Below, piece by piece: positions 1-22,645 of a DNA stretch of 64,000 bases. This stretch comes from the human T2T-CHM13v2.0 reference genome, Homo sapiens: assembly GCF_009914755.1 (NCBI RefSeq), contig NC_060934.1; one strand, written 5' to 3'. Each line of letters begins with the position of its first letter. Position 1 is the stretch's first letter. The position numbers and the translations under genes are program-made. The notes below the pieces were generated by a model. The model was not told where the DNA came from, made no database searches, and saw nothing but the letters and a program-made list of their open reading frames with translations.

Positions 1-3817
<3,817 letters not shown>

Positions 3818-3853
3818 TTAGTTGATGCAGTTTCTTCCTAGTCTCGATGGTCT

Positions 3854-4868
3854 TTACATTTTGGCATGATTTTGCAGTGGCTGGTACCGGTTGTTCCTTT
3901 CCATGTTTAGCGCTTCCTTCAGGAGCTCTTTTAGGGCAGGCCTGGTGATGACAAAATCTCTCAGCATTTGCTTGTCTGTAAAGTATTTTATTTCTCCTTC
4001 ACTTATGAAGCTTAGTTTGGCTGGATATGAAATTCTGGGTTGAAAATTTTTTTCTTTAAGAATGTTGAATATTGGCCCCCACTCTCCTGGCTTGTAGGGT
4101 TTCTGCCGAGAGATCTGCTGTTAGTCTGATGGGCTTTCCTTTGAGGGTAACCCGACCTTTCTCTCTGGCTGCCCTTAACATTTTTTCCTTCATTTCAACT
4201 TTGGTGAATCTGACAATTATGTGTCTTGGAGTTGCTCTTCTTGAGGAGTATCTTTGTGGCGTTCTCTGTATTTCCTGAATCTGAACGTTGGCCTGCTTTG
4301 CTAGATTGGGGAAGTTCTCCTGGATAATATCCTGCAGAGTGTTTTCCAACTTGGTTCCATTCTCCACATCACTTTCAGGTACACCAATCAGACGTAGATT
4401 TGGTCTTTTCACATAGTCCCATATTTCTTGGAGGCTTTGCTCATTTCTTTTTATTCTTTTTTCTCTAAACTTCCCTTCTCGCTTCATTTCATTCATTTCA
4501 TCTTCCATTGCTGATACCCTTTCTTCCAGTTGATCGCATTGGCTCCTGAGGCTTCTGCATTCTTCACGTAGTTCTCGAGCCTTGGTTTTCAGCTCCATCA
4601 GCTCCTTTAAGCACTTCTCTGTATTGGTTATTCTAGTTATACATTCTTCTAAATTTTTTTCAAAGTTTTCAACTTCTTTGCCTTTGGTTTGAATGTCCTC
4701 CCGTAGCTCAGAGTAATTTGATCGTCTGAAGCCTTCTTCTCTCAGCTCGTCAAAATCATTCTCCATCCAGCTTTGTTCCGTTGCTGGTGAGGAACTGCGT
4801 TCCTTTGGAGGAGGAGAGGCGCTCTGCGTTTTAGAGTTTCCAGTTTTTCTGTTCTGTTTTTTCCCCAT
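3854..4868 (-). pseudogene. L1 ORF1p, frameshifted; 270-aa truncated product (4056-4868)
   Basis: MGKKQNRKTGNSKTQS... matches ORF1p up to LQARR, then VGANIQHS* instead of EWGPIFNILK. The + strand reads ccccactctc-ctggc (about 4086) versus canonical ccccactctcttctggc. The span to the normal stop is 1015 nt rather than 1017. Confidence 0.95.
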
Positions 4869-5766
4869 CTTTGTGGTTTTATCTACTTTTGGTCTTTGAT
4901 GATGGTGATGTACAGATGGGTTTTTGGTGTAGATGTCCTTTCTGGTTGTTAGTTTTCCTTCTAACAGACAGGACTCTCAGCTGCAGGTCTGTTGGAATAC
5001 CCTGCCGTGTGAGGTGTCAGTGTGCCCCTGCTGGGGGGTGCCTCCCAGTTAGGCTGCTCGGGGGTCAGGGGTCAGGGACCCACTTGAGGAGGCAGTCTGC
5101 CCCTTCTCAGATCTCCAGCTGCGTGCTGGGAGAACCACTGCTCTCTTCAAAGCTGTCAGACAGGGACACTTAAGTCTGCAGAGGTTACTGCTGTCTTTTT
5201 GTTTGTCTGTGCCCTGCCCCCAGAGGTGGAGCCTACAGAGGCAGGCAGGCCTCCTTGAGCTATGGTGGGCTCCACCCAGTTCGAGCTTCCCAGCTGCTTT
5301 GTTTACCTAAGCAAGCCTGGGCAATGGCGGGCGCCCCTCCCCCAGCCTCGTTGCCGCCTTGCAGTTTGATCTCAGACTGCTGTGCTAGCAATCAGCGAGA
5401 TTCCGTGGGCGTAGGACCCTCTGAGCCAGGTGTGGGATATAGTCTTGTGGTGCGCCGTTTTTTAAGCCGGTCTGAAAAGCGCAATATTCGGGTGGGAGTG
5501 ACCCGATTTTCTAGGTGCGTCCGTCACCCCTTTCTTTGACTCGGAAAGGGAACTCCCTGACCCCTTGCGCTTCCCAGGTGAGGCAATGCCTCGCCCTGTT
5601 TCGGCTTGCGCACGGTGCGCGCACACACTGCCTGCGCCCACTGTCTGGCGCTCCCTAGTGAGATGAACCCAGTACCTCAGATGGAAATGCAGAAATCACC
5701 CGTCTTCTGCGTCGCTCACGCTGGGAGCTGTAGACCGGAGCTGTTCCTATTCGGCCATCTTGGCTC
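4869..5766. promoter_or_regulatory. L1 5'UTR: CpG-rich internal sense promoter (fires toward lower coordinates) and antisense promoter (fires on +); YY1 site at 5753-5762
   Basis: The only extended CpG-rich stretch outside young Alus. GGCCATCTTG (reverse complement CAAGATGGCC) is the known L1 YY1 site. Confidence 0.9.
5324..5539 (+). CDS. L1 ORF0 (71 aa, primate-specific antisense ORF), intact
   Basis: GCAATGG start; MAGAPPPASLPPCSLISDCCASNQRDSVGVGPSEPGVGYSLVVRRFLSRSEKRNIRVGVTRFSRCVRHPFL*. Internal splice donors have GT at 5430 and 5515. Confidence 0.9.
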   Translation: MAGAPPPASLPPCSLISDCCASNQRDSVGVGPSEPGVGYSLVVRRFLSRSEKRNIRVGVTRFSRCVRHPFL

Positions 5767-5774
5767 GGGAAGTG

Positions 5775-6410
5775 TCGCTGAATTCTCTTATGTACATAAT
5801 CATGTTTTCTGCTAATAGTGACAATTTCATTCTTTACTTTCCAATAATTATGAAATTTAAAAATATTTATTTTGTTGTTCTTACTGCTTTGGCTAGAACG
5901 TTTACTACATTGTTGTACAACATGGTGAAAATTGATAGTCTCGCTTTTTTCCTGATTGTAAGGGGCAGGGCTTGATATTGAACTATTGGTATAATTGCAG
6001 CAGCAGAAATTTTTTTAATCAATGAGGAGTGCTGACTTTTGTCAAATACTTTACTACATCTTTTGAGGTAATTACATAATTTTTCTCATTCATTTTGTTA
6101 ATATGTTGAATTACATTGATTGATATTTGAATGTTAAGCCAGCCTTACACTTTGGGGATCAGGGGAGGAAAACTCCACCTAGTAATGATGTATTTATTAT
6201 TCTTTTGATATATTCCTGGGTTTAAATTGCAGTATCTTATTGATTTTTGTGTCTATGATCATGTGGGTTATTTGTCTGTAATAATATTTTTGAAATGTTT
6301 AATTAGTTTTTTAAAAAAACCATGTGGCTTCATGAAATCAGTAGAGAAGATTTTTTTGCCTCCTCTATTTCTTGAGACAATTTGTATATAATTTTTATTA
6401 TTTCATATTA
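5775..6410 (-). mobile_element. Ancient L1M ORF2 fragment into which the young L1 inserted
   Basis: Degenerate antisense L1 ORF2 (cataatcatgttttctgctaatagtgacaattt...). It covers the same L1 interval as ~7440-8060, so it is a separate element. Confidence 0.7.
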
Positions 6411-11797
<5,387 letters not shown>

Positions 11798-12236
11798 CAA
11801 AGACTATTATTCATGTATCAAGCACTATTTTAAATGCTTTGTATGTACTAACTTATTTAATCTTCACAGAGAACGCAGAAGACAGATGCTGCTTGTTATA
11901 CAGGAGACAGAGGGAAAACTGTTAGAATTTGCTATTTGTTTTGGATACTCTTTATCAAGGCAAGAAAATTTCTTTCTGTTATAAATGGGTGATGATTCTT
12001 TCAGAAATTTTGTGGCATCCATATAGATGGTTATACTAATATGGTAAGTTACATGGAGGTCTCCTTGCATTTCTGAAGCAAACCCTATTTAATATTGGTA
12101 TGTTAGTTGCTTATTTTTACCTTTATTCATTTGCATATTTTAGATACTTGTATAGTTTTTTAAGGTGTACACTTTTGAACAAAATTACACTAACATCAAT
12201 GAGTAAGTAGGGTGATGACTCTAATACTTTTATTAT

Positions 12237-12528
12237 CTTTGCATAATATGTCTTAAATTTTGATAAATTTTTTTACTTTGGCTTATCAAGCTCCAGATGA
12301 TACATAAATTAATGTATTAATAGGTTACTTAACAGATTACCCTGTACCTCTTATGAAAAGCACCACTATTAAAAAATTAATTAATTAAAGCACTTTGCAT
12401 AGTGCCTTAAATTTTGATTTTTTTTTTAACTTTGTCTTATCAAGCTCCGGATGATACACACATTAACATATTATTAGGTTACTTAACAGATTACCTTGTA
12501 CCTCTTATGAAAAACACCACTATTAAAA
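12237..12528. repeat. Two-copy tandem duplication, period 156 bp
   Basis: 12237-12374 and 12393-12528 share cttatcaagctcc(a/g)gatgatac, taggttacttaacagattacc, tgtacctcttatgaaaa and caccactattaaaa. Confidence 0.95.
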
Positions 12529-13913
12529 CTTTGACCTTCTGCTGTAATTCAACATAACTTTAGGATATATTTTACCCCTTCCATCAAGCTTCTTGGACTT
12601 ACAATGGGAACAGGACACTTTCTACTACAATATTTGCCCTTTGAAGACAAATACCATGTTCCTTTCATTCTTTGTATTCTCCAGCTCCTGGTATAGTATT
12701 TGATGAATAGTCAAAGCTTATTAAACATTTTTTGAATAGATGTAGTTACTGTGACTTGGGCGAGAAGACAGATTTGAGTTCTCATTATTGACTATATCTT
12801 ACACTGAGTGTTTCTATACTCCTTTTTATCTTCCCTTTTGATGACAACTAAACCCAGAAGGGAGGCAGAATTCTTACTGTAAAAAATTAGACTCGTGAAA
12901 ACATGGTTATGAAACCACTGCCTTCCTGTTGCAATGTTGGTACCAGTGATGCTTACTCCTAATTCTCTATCTTTGGACTAGAGTAAGAAATAAAGGGTAA
13001 TTCATTGGAGATGCTGCCATCGGACACATCACCCAGCGGACTTCTTTGGGTGGCCTTTATTAAGGCAGATTTTTTCAATGTCAAGTCATAAAAAATAAGC
13101 ATGTGGTCTTACTATTAGTTTCCTCTGAGATCCAGTCTCTTTATTTATGACAAAAATATGTTACTAGTATTTTTTGATCCAGAGTTTCTGTAGTCTATAA
13201 ATTTAAATCTGATCTTGAATATAATATATGCCTCCTGTAGACAGAAAAGTATTCCTATTCACACTGGTACAGTTACTTCAGATTATGATTTTCAGTGTCG
13301 TATTTTTTTAAATAAAATGTTTTAATTTTCTTTCATCTGAGCACTGCAAGCTTTATTTTTAGGACTGAAGATTTAATTCCAACAGGATATGTTTAGAATT
13401 CTCTTGTACTGGCTTTCTGAAAACATTGTGTTTCATCTTATTATGAAAAGTGTAAACAGGTTATAGCTCAGAAACAGGTGCTGAAAGGCTCAGCTCTTGA
13501 ACTTCATAGAGATGTCTTCCAGCTGAGCACAGCAGACTGTTCACATGTGATTTCAAATAACATTAAATTAGGATCCCACATCTTTCCATCATTTTTCTCT
13601 CTTTGTTTGTTAACTGGCAGTACACAGTGTAAGCTTCATTCATATGTTAAATAAAAAATCATCCCTTCCCAATTCTGTCAACACATTTCCACAGGAAACC
13701 ACATATCTAATAAGCAAAGGAAGTCTTCTAAATGAAATTTTCACAAATACAGTGTCAACCGAGATTTAGTACGAGTGCACCTTTAAAAAAATCTAACAAC
13801 GTTTACTGAGCATCTACTATCTGTCGTGTATTTCTTCAAGAATACAACTGTAAATATGACAGGTGAGATCCTACCTGTCATAGGGATTACATTCTGGAGG
13901 AGGAAGATGGAAA

Positions 13914-13960
13914 ACCAACCAACCAGCCAGCCAGCCAACCAACCAAGCAACCAACCAACC
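13914..13960. repeat. (CCAA/CCAG)n microsatellite, within a probable L2 relic
   Basis: ccaaccaaccagccagccagccaaccaacc... Confidence 0.9.
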
Positions 13961-14129
13961 AAAGTCTTTCCAGTTAATGATAATTGTCATGGAGAAAATA
14001 CAATGTGAGCTATACAGTGGGATAGGGATTTGAGCATGGGAACACATGGCAAAGTTGGACGGAGGACATTTTGATTTTTCTTGAACCCTTGTTAAAAGGT
14101 TAAAAAGGGCTCTAAAGCATTTAAAGAAA

Positions 14130-15215
14130 CTACTGATGTTACAACATCTCACCAATAAGAAGTTAATATGCATTCCTAAAAACATATTACCACATAGACA
14201 AAATAACTATCATATTTAAAAAATCTATAATTCCTTTGTGTAATCTAATAGCTGATCCATATTTAAATCTCTTCCAATTATTCTCCAAATGTCCTTCACA
14301 GTTCATTTGTGCAAACACTGTTGAATCCAGGGTCCTATACTGCAAGTGATTGTCACGTCCCTTATGCCTCTTTTGGTCAAAAGCAATTCATAACACAGGG
14401 ACTTGACCAATTGTCTTGTTGAATAGTCTACCTTTTGGACCTTGTCTCATTTCTTCCTCATGATGTCATTTAACTTACAACTCAATACCTTGCGTTTTCT
14501 GTAACTTGAAACTTAGTTTCAAAGTCTTGATTAGATTCTAGTTAAACATTTTTAGATAGAATACATCATAAGTGATGCGTATTTCATACTGTATTATATC
14601 TATAAATACATATTAGTCATACTGCCATCATTGAAACTCAAAATTGACCATCATATTAGAGTGATGATAACCTTGTCCCTTCATTGTACATTAGAATTTC
14701 CCTTTACAACCAGAAAATAGCCTGTGTGGTACACTTTGGCATCATATATGCATCCAGTTCCCAAATATTGACATAATGATCTTAAAATCAATTTGTAATC
14801 ATTGTCTGAATATAAAATTTCACTAGACATTGCAAAATAATTATATTTTTCCTAATTTTTCCTTCCTTTTATGGGTTATTTTAGCTGGCAGACTTCTATA
14901 GTTTTCCCTCGTGAACTGGCGTTATTTGGTTACTTGGAAAAACAATTCCTATTGGAAAGACAAAGATACAAGCATTTAGTTTTATCCTTTGATTTCTAAC
15001 TTTCAAAGAAAGAAATTAGTAGCCAGCAAAAAGGGCGAAATGCATTTTTTTCTGATTGTTTTCCTTTTTTGATTATTAGGGATTCATAGATTTTTATTAA
15101 TTCAATATTGAATGTTCAACAATCCTATCATTAACCTATTTTTTTAATAATCAAACTGTAAAAATTTTGACCAGTGGAAGACTCTTCAACCTGGCCCTTG
15201 GTAATTTTGATGTGT
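14130..15215 (-). mobile_element. Ancient L1 3' region (L1MC-like)
   Basis: Degenerate similarity to antisense L1MC 3'UTR (gattagattctagttaaacattttt..gaatacatcataagtgatg). Confidence 0.55.
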
Positions 15216-15375
15216 GTTCCTTGAGGCATCGATTAGGAAAAGTTTTCCTGAAAAGGACACAAAATCACATCTCTAAAATTAAAAAGTTGGTAAAATTGAC
15301 TCTACTAAGTCAAACAAACTCTTGCCTTTCCAAAGACACTGTTAACATAATGAAAAAAGCACTTATAAAATAGTC

Positions 15376-15601
15376 CTAGGGTCAGTAAACTACTTTGGCA
15401 GTCACAATTCCATCCCACTGGATGTTTTTATAAATAAATACAGCTTTACTGGAACACAGATAAATCCATTCATGTAGGATCGTCTACAGTTGCTTTTGTG
15501 CTGCAACAGGAGACTTGAACGCTCTTGAGAAAAGCCTTGTGTCCTGTAAGGCCTGAAATATTTACTGTCTGGCTTTTTGCCAAAAAAGTTTGCTGACTTG
15601 G
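15376..15601 (+). mobile_element. MER58A-like hAT-Charlie non-autonomous DNA transposon
   Basis: ~225 bp. Ends agggtcagtaaact / aagtttgctgac are degenerate TIRs; internal gcctgaaatatttactgtctggc. Confidence 0.8.
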
Positions 15602-15768
15602 GGTTGGGACCATAACATTTAAAAGTTTATGAAATGTGATTTTTTTTTTTGATGTTGTTTCATGGGTTTATCTTGTTTTTTCCAACAAAACTATTAGCTT
15701 CTGTTAAGAGAAGGAATATCAATATCTTTCACAATGCCTTGCGTAGTACAGATTTTTAAAAAAAATCT

Positions 15769-16816
<1,048 letters not shown>

Positions 16817-16821
16817 TTGTT

Positions 16822-16897
16822 TAAAACAGATACTTGATTGATTTATCTATGGATATCTATAGGTATCCATAGAAAAATCAATCAAGTATCTGTTTTA
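16822..16897. repeat. 76-bp spacerless palindrome
   Basis: 36 of 38 pairs are complementary about the centre cta|tag (16859/16860); mismatches at 16845/16874 (A-A) and 16856/16863 (T-G). Confidence 0.97.
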
Positions 16898-17539
16898 GAC
16901 ACTTTTATCTGTGGATGCCTTCTGTGAAGTATACCTTCATAGAAGTTTTTTTTAAATAAAGACTACTAACTCAAAATAATGAAGTATTGGATACAGGTGT
17001 ATATTTAGTGCATTTGAATGATATATAAATGTACAAGCAATATGTATTGTGAGCGTAGACATTCTGTATCCTTCATGTTACATTACAGAGACAACCTTAC
17101 ATTTCTACCTAACCATTAATGTGCCTTATAGAAGAGAATAATTTCTTTCACCAATTCACTGAAATAATGCAGTGTTACTTGTAACACAACTACATAATGA
17201 GTTGACTTTGATCTTTGGAATAAACTTTCTGTACTGGAAAGTCTCTAATTTTTCAGGGATAATATAAAGGTCAACATCTGTGTTTCTCAAGTTTTTCTCT
17301 GACTGACAGAGAGAGATCCACTTTAAGCAACCCATTTTACTTTCCCTATGTGCTGCACTCCCACTGGGTTTATATGTACTACTAATTTCACTAGAATTCA
17401 GTGCAAGGAAGAGCTGTCCTTCTTTGTCATGGGTTGACTGGGAGAGCTTGGTTTTATCTCTATGGGCTTTTCTGTGTCTAGTGGCTTTTGATTCTTGTCA
17501 GCTTCCTTGGCAGAAATGAGAGCCAATCATGTGTCAAAG

Positions 17540-17882
17540 GACATTATTTTCACATCTTAGCTATTGTGAACACAACTGCAATAAACTTGGGAGTGCTAAT
17601 ATTCTTTCATGATCCTGATTTCATTTTCTTGGGTAAATATTTAGAGGTGAGATTGCTGGATCATAAAATATTTCTATTTTTAATTTCTTAAGGGCCTTCC
17701 ATACTGTTTTCCATAGCTACTGTACCATTGTGCATTCCCACCAACAGTGAACAAGGGTTCCAGTTTTTTCCACATCCTTGCCAATACTTGTATCTTTTGG
17801 GATTTTTCTGATAATACCATCTTGTACACTTAAAAATTTAAGAGGGTACCTCTCATGTCAAATGTTTTTACCTCAATAAAAT
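17540..17882. mobile_element. L1MA9/10-like fragment: antisense 17540-17823 joined to a sense 3' tip 17824-17882
   Basis: Antisense ORF2-end sequence followed by tacacttaaaaatttaagagggta...caataaaa. Confidence 0.65.
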
Positions 17883-19380
17883 GAGTATTTTTTTAAGTGA
17901 CAGCAAAGATGGCTATCTATCACTGTGGTTAGTATTTATTTTGCACGTGCATTATAATTAATATCTGGCTCTGTGCAAATTAAAACTCAGCTTCAGATTC
18001 TGGAACAGTGAAACCTATATGGGAGTAAAATCTTAAATAAATACAATTTCTGTGCAATGAGCAAATTATTTCTTGTACTATTGTTCATAAATAATGGAAC
18101 ACTGTGAAATGAATACTCAAAGAAATATAGATCTATTAAAATAATGCACCATTTGCCTAAGTTTATGCTGTTAGCAAGATTTACTGTAACTGTAAATTAT
18201 TTCAAAATTGACTGCAGTGTTTCATAAATTTACAGTGTGGATAATTTGGCAAGCAGCCCACTAACAAAGCAAAGTAGAAGAACTAGTTTCATCTACTTTT
18301 CCTAAGTTAGAATTATAGACCAGTTAGTTTTGCTATGTTAAAGACTTTTGTAGACATTCTGTTTTACACATATTAAAATTTCCTTAAAATTATAGCTCAG
18401 TGCTATTCACATCTGTGTGCACTTGTATGTGCAAGTGTAAAAGTGCTTAGATTACAATAAAGTTCTTAGATTACAAAGAGGTTTTATTTTCCTTTTTATT
18501 TCTAAACTGTTGGTTTATAAGTCTTAAACCTTGGAAACTCAAAGTAGATCATGGTTTTTCTGCCCTGGGACTATGGCTACTGGGTTAGTTTCATTTTGAT
18601 GAAATCTGTCATTGATAAAAGAGAGTTCAAGCTTCTCTAAACCAATTAAAATGTTTTTGCCTCAGGAGGTAAATAAAAGCACATGATAGAACTAAAACAG
18701 AGTGGAGAGTGGTAATCAGTATAGTAGTTCAGTATTGAACAATATTGAACACCGTAACAATAACACCTAATAAATCATTCTGAAAGGTACACTGGATATA
18801 TATATTTTTTCAAGGACAAATAAAGTATACCCATGAGGATCAAAAGGATGCCCGTGTTATTTTTATGGTCTATTTTGAAAAGTATTGATTATTTCTTCTA
18901 AGGTAAACTTTAAATTCCCTTAAGATATAAAACAGTCCTCAAAATATTAAAACTTGTCATATTATATTTAGGTATATTATGAATTAAGATGTATATTGAT
19001 TTAGAGATGTATGTAAGTCTCTTTGGAATCCTACTTAAATAATTTTAGAGCGTTTAATGTTTAAAAATTTTTTTGCACTGCTTTTATCACAAGACTTTTT
19101 AGTGTTTAACGCAAAGCCTTGCTAATGTTAATTTTACTTTTAGATTATATTTTTCATTTAGTTTCAGACAACAGAACTGTTAAAAAAATTTTTTTTAATA
19201 AAATTAACAAATGTTCTGCTTCTGCCTTTTTTTAACTGTTTTTTTTTTTTTTTTTTTTGGTGAGAATTTTCCAGTCATCAATGGTCTAATGATCATGTCA
19301 CAATTAGAAGCTGATGAATTTGAGTGAGGATATGATCACAGTGATTTTAAAGAAACACGTTTGGTGCATTGGCTCATTTA

Positions 19381-19487
19381 TTCATCCATCCGCCCATTAA
19401 TCCATCCATCCATTAATCCACCTGCTCATTAATCCATCCACCCGCTCGCTCATCCATCCACCCACCCATTCATCCATCAGCCATCCA
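19381..19487. repeat. (CATC)n degenerate microsatellite
   Basis: catccatccatcc... runs. Confidence 0.9.
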
Positions 19488-19937
19488 ATATTTTTGAGAT
19501 CTGCTGTGTCAGACATGTTTATTTTCCTGGCGAATGACTTTGAGAACAGAAAACCCTGAAGCCCACCATAATTTTGGAAGTACGAAAACACATAGTACAG
19601 GTGTTAATTTATTTTGTATTTGAGGGGCAGCATACCTAGAGAACAAATATCTTCTGTAACCAGAGACAGCGCTGTTAGTTAAAGGAAACTTCTTAAAACC
19701 TCGGTAGTGGCTTTAATAGATTTTAATACATGTTTAAATAGTGTTAAGCATTTGATACAGAACACAGCTCTGTAACTTGATTTAGTCATACAACTGCACT
19801 GAAACTAGAAATAATGTCTTTTTCAGATATATTAGGTCTAATAATGATTGTGAAAGTCTTGAACGTTAAGTTGATATCATAAGCATATGAGAATGATGAT
19901 TTCCTTGGTGGGTATTATGCTTCTTACTATTATTCTT

Positions 19938-20097
19938 AGAGATGGGGGTCTTACTATGTTGCCCAGGCTGGAGTGCAGTGGCTATTCACAGGCATGATCA
20001 CAGCACACTGCAGCCTTGAGCTCCTGTGTTCAAGATATCCTTTCACTTCAGCCTCCAGAGTAGCTGGGACTACAGGTGCACATCACTATGCCTGGCT
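19938..20097 (-). mobile_element. FAM (fossil Alu monomer)
   Basis: Monomer retaining the 7SL-derived gtggctattcacaggc segment that dimeric Alus lack. Confidence 0.85.
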
Positions 20098-20654
20098 TAT
20101 TATCACTCTTTTTATCCTTGCTAATATAAGTGGAAAAATTTTTACTGCACTCCCTATTAAATTCTTTTAAATTTATGACGTTAATCTTTACAGTATACTT
20201 AGTTGTCACTTGTCTTTCTACTTCAGTAAGTAGTGTATTTGCGTTCTAATATTTGTCCACTTTTGTATTTGGATGTGTCTTTTTTAAAAAACTGATTCAT
20301 AAGAGCTCATTGTATATTAAAGAAACTCTTTGTCATTTATATGGTAAATATGTTCAATCTGTTCATTGTAATTTCACATATACATTAGAATAATTTCTTA
20401 TATGGTCAAACTTATGGCTATTTTATATATTCATCTTTTAATTGCTGTTTTTGGTGTTGTTTTTGGAAAATGTTTTTCCATATTTTACAAATATCCATGC
20501 ATATTTTATCCTTGTAAATTTCAATCTTTACATTTAATTTGTGAATTTCCTGGAAACAATGCCAGTGTGTTTGCAAGATGAAAGCACACTTTAAAAAAAT
20601 CATTTGGTCATCTAGCTTGTCTCAAACTGTGGGGACATTTTATTCAAGAAAAAC

Positions 20655-21690
<1,036 letters not shown>

Positions 21691-22299
21691 CAACAAGCAC
21701 TTCTGGTCCTTGCTCTTCACAGAAGATGAATTCCAGATAGCCAGTACCACTGTTGGTCCCCAAAACCAGTTGACCCTCAATCTTAGCCCCCAGTTACTAC
21801 TTGGTGCTATTGGTTTTGGTCCAGATGTGTTTTTGAGGGTAACTACGTTAATTTTAATTTTAAAATACATACTTTACCTACCATTGCTACAAATTTTGAG
21901 GGAAGCAAGATTTCCATGTGAATTCTCTTCACCATCTTTAATAAAAGGCCTTCAGGCAGATATTATGTATCTTTTAAAGAAATTATTGTATTAATTCCAG
22001 TTTACTTAAAGTGTTTATTTTAAAAAGTAGAAATAAATCTTGACTTTTTATCCATTGCTTTTTGGCATCTATCGGATTACTTTTATTATTTTCCTTCACT
22101 CACACGTTTAATTATAGTAATAGATTTCCTATTACTATACCTTCTTTGAATGATGAGAATAGTTCTGTGTGACCATGCTGTGTGTATGTATTATATATAT
22201 ATGATTTGTATACATTATATGTATTAAAATGTGTTATATTCTTACATAAATTTTGTATATATTTACATATGAATTTTTATATATACACATAACTTTATA

Positions 22300-22645
22300 C
22301 AATCATGGATCACTTAATGACACGGGTGTATCTGAGCAACATGGCTAGGAGATTTCGTCAGTGTGCGAATATCACAGAGTATACTTACAGAAACCTAGAT
22401 GCTACAGCCTACTGCACACTTAGGCTAGATGGTATAGCCTATTGCTCCTAGACTACAAACCTGTACAGCAGGTTACTTTACTGAATACTGTAGGCAATTG
22501 TGAACACAACAGTAATTATTTGTGTATCTAAATATATCTAAGCATAAAAAAGGTACAGTAAAAATATAGTATTATAATCTTTTGGGATCGCCATCATGTA
22601 AGTGGTCTATTATTGACCAAAACATCACTATGCCACACCTGAGTG
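22300..22645. mobile_element. Tigger3a (MER7A/Golem-derived) TcMar element
   Basis: 346 bp, flanked by TA (22298-99, 22646-47); internal ggtatagcctattgctcctagactacaaacctgtacagca. Confidence 0.9.

Noticed and set aside
5753-5766. L1 of the YY1-site-truncated class that escapes methylation
   Set aside because: Only the G-rich leader is missing; the YY1 motif is intact.
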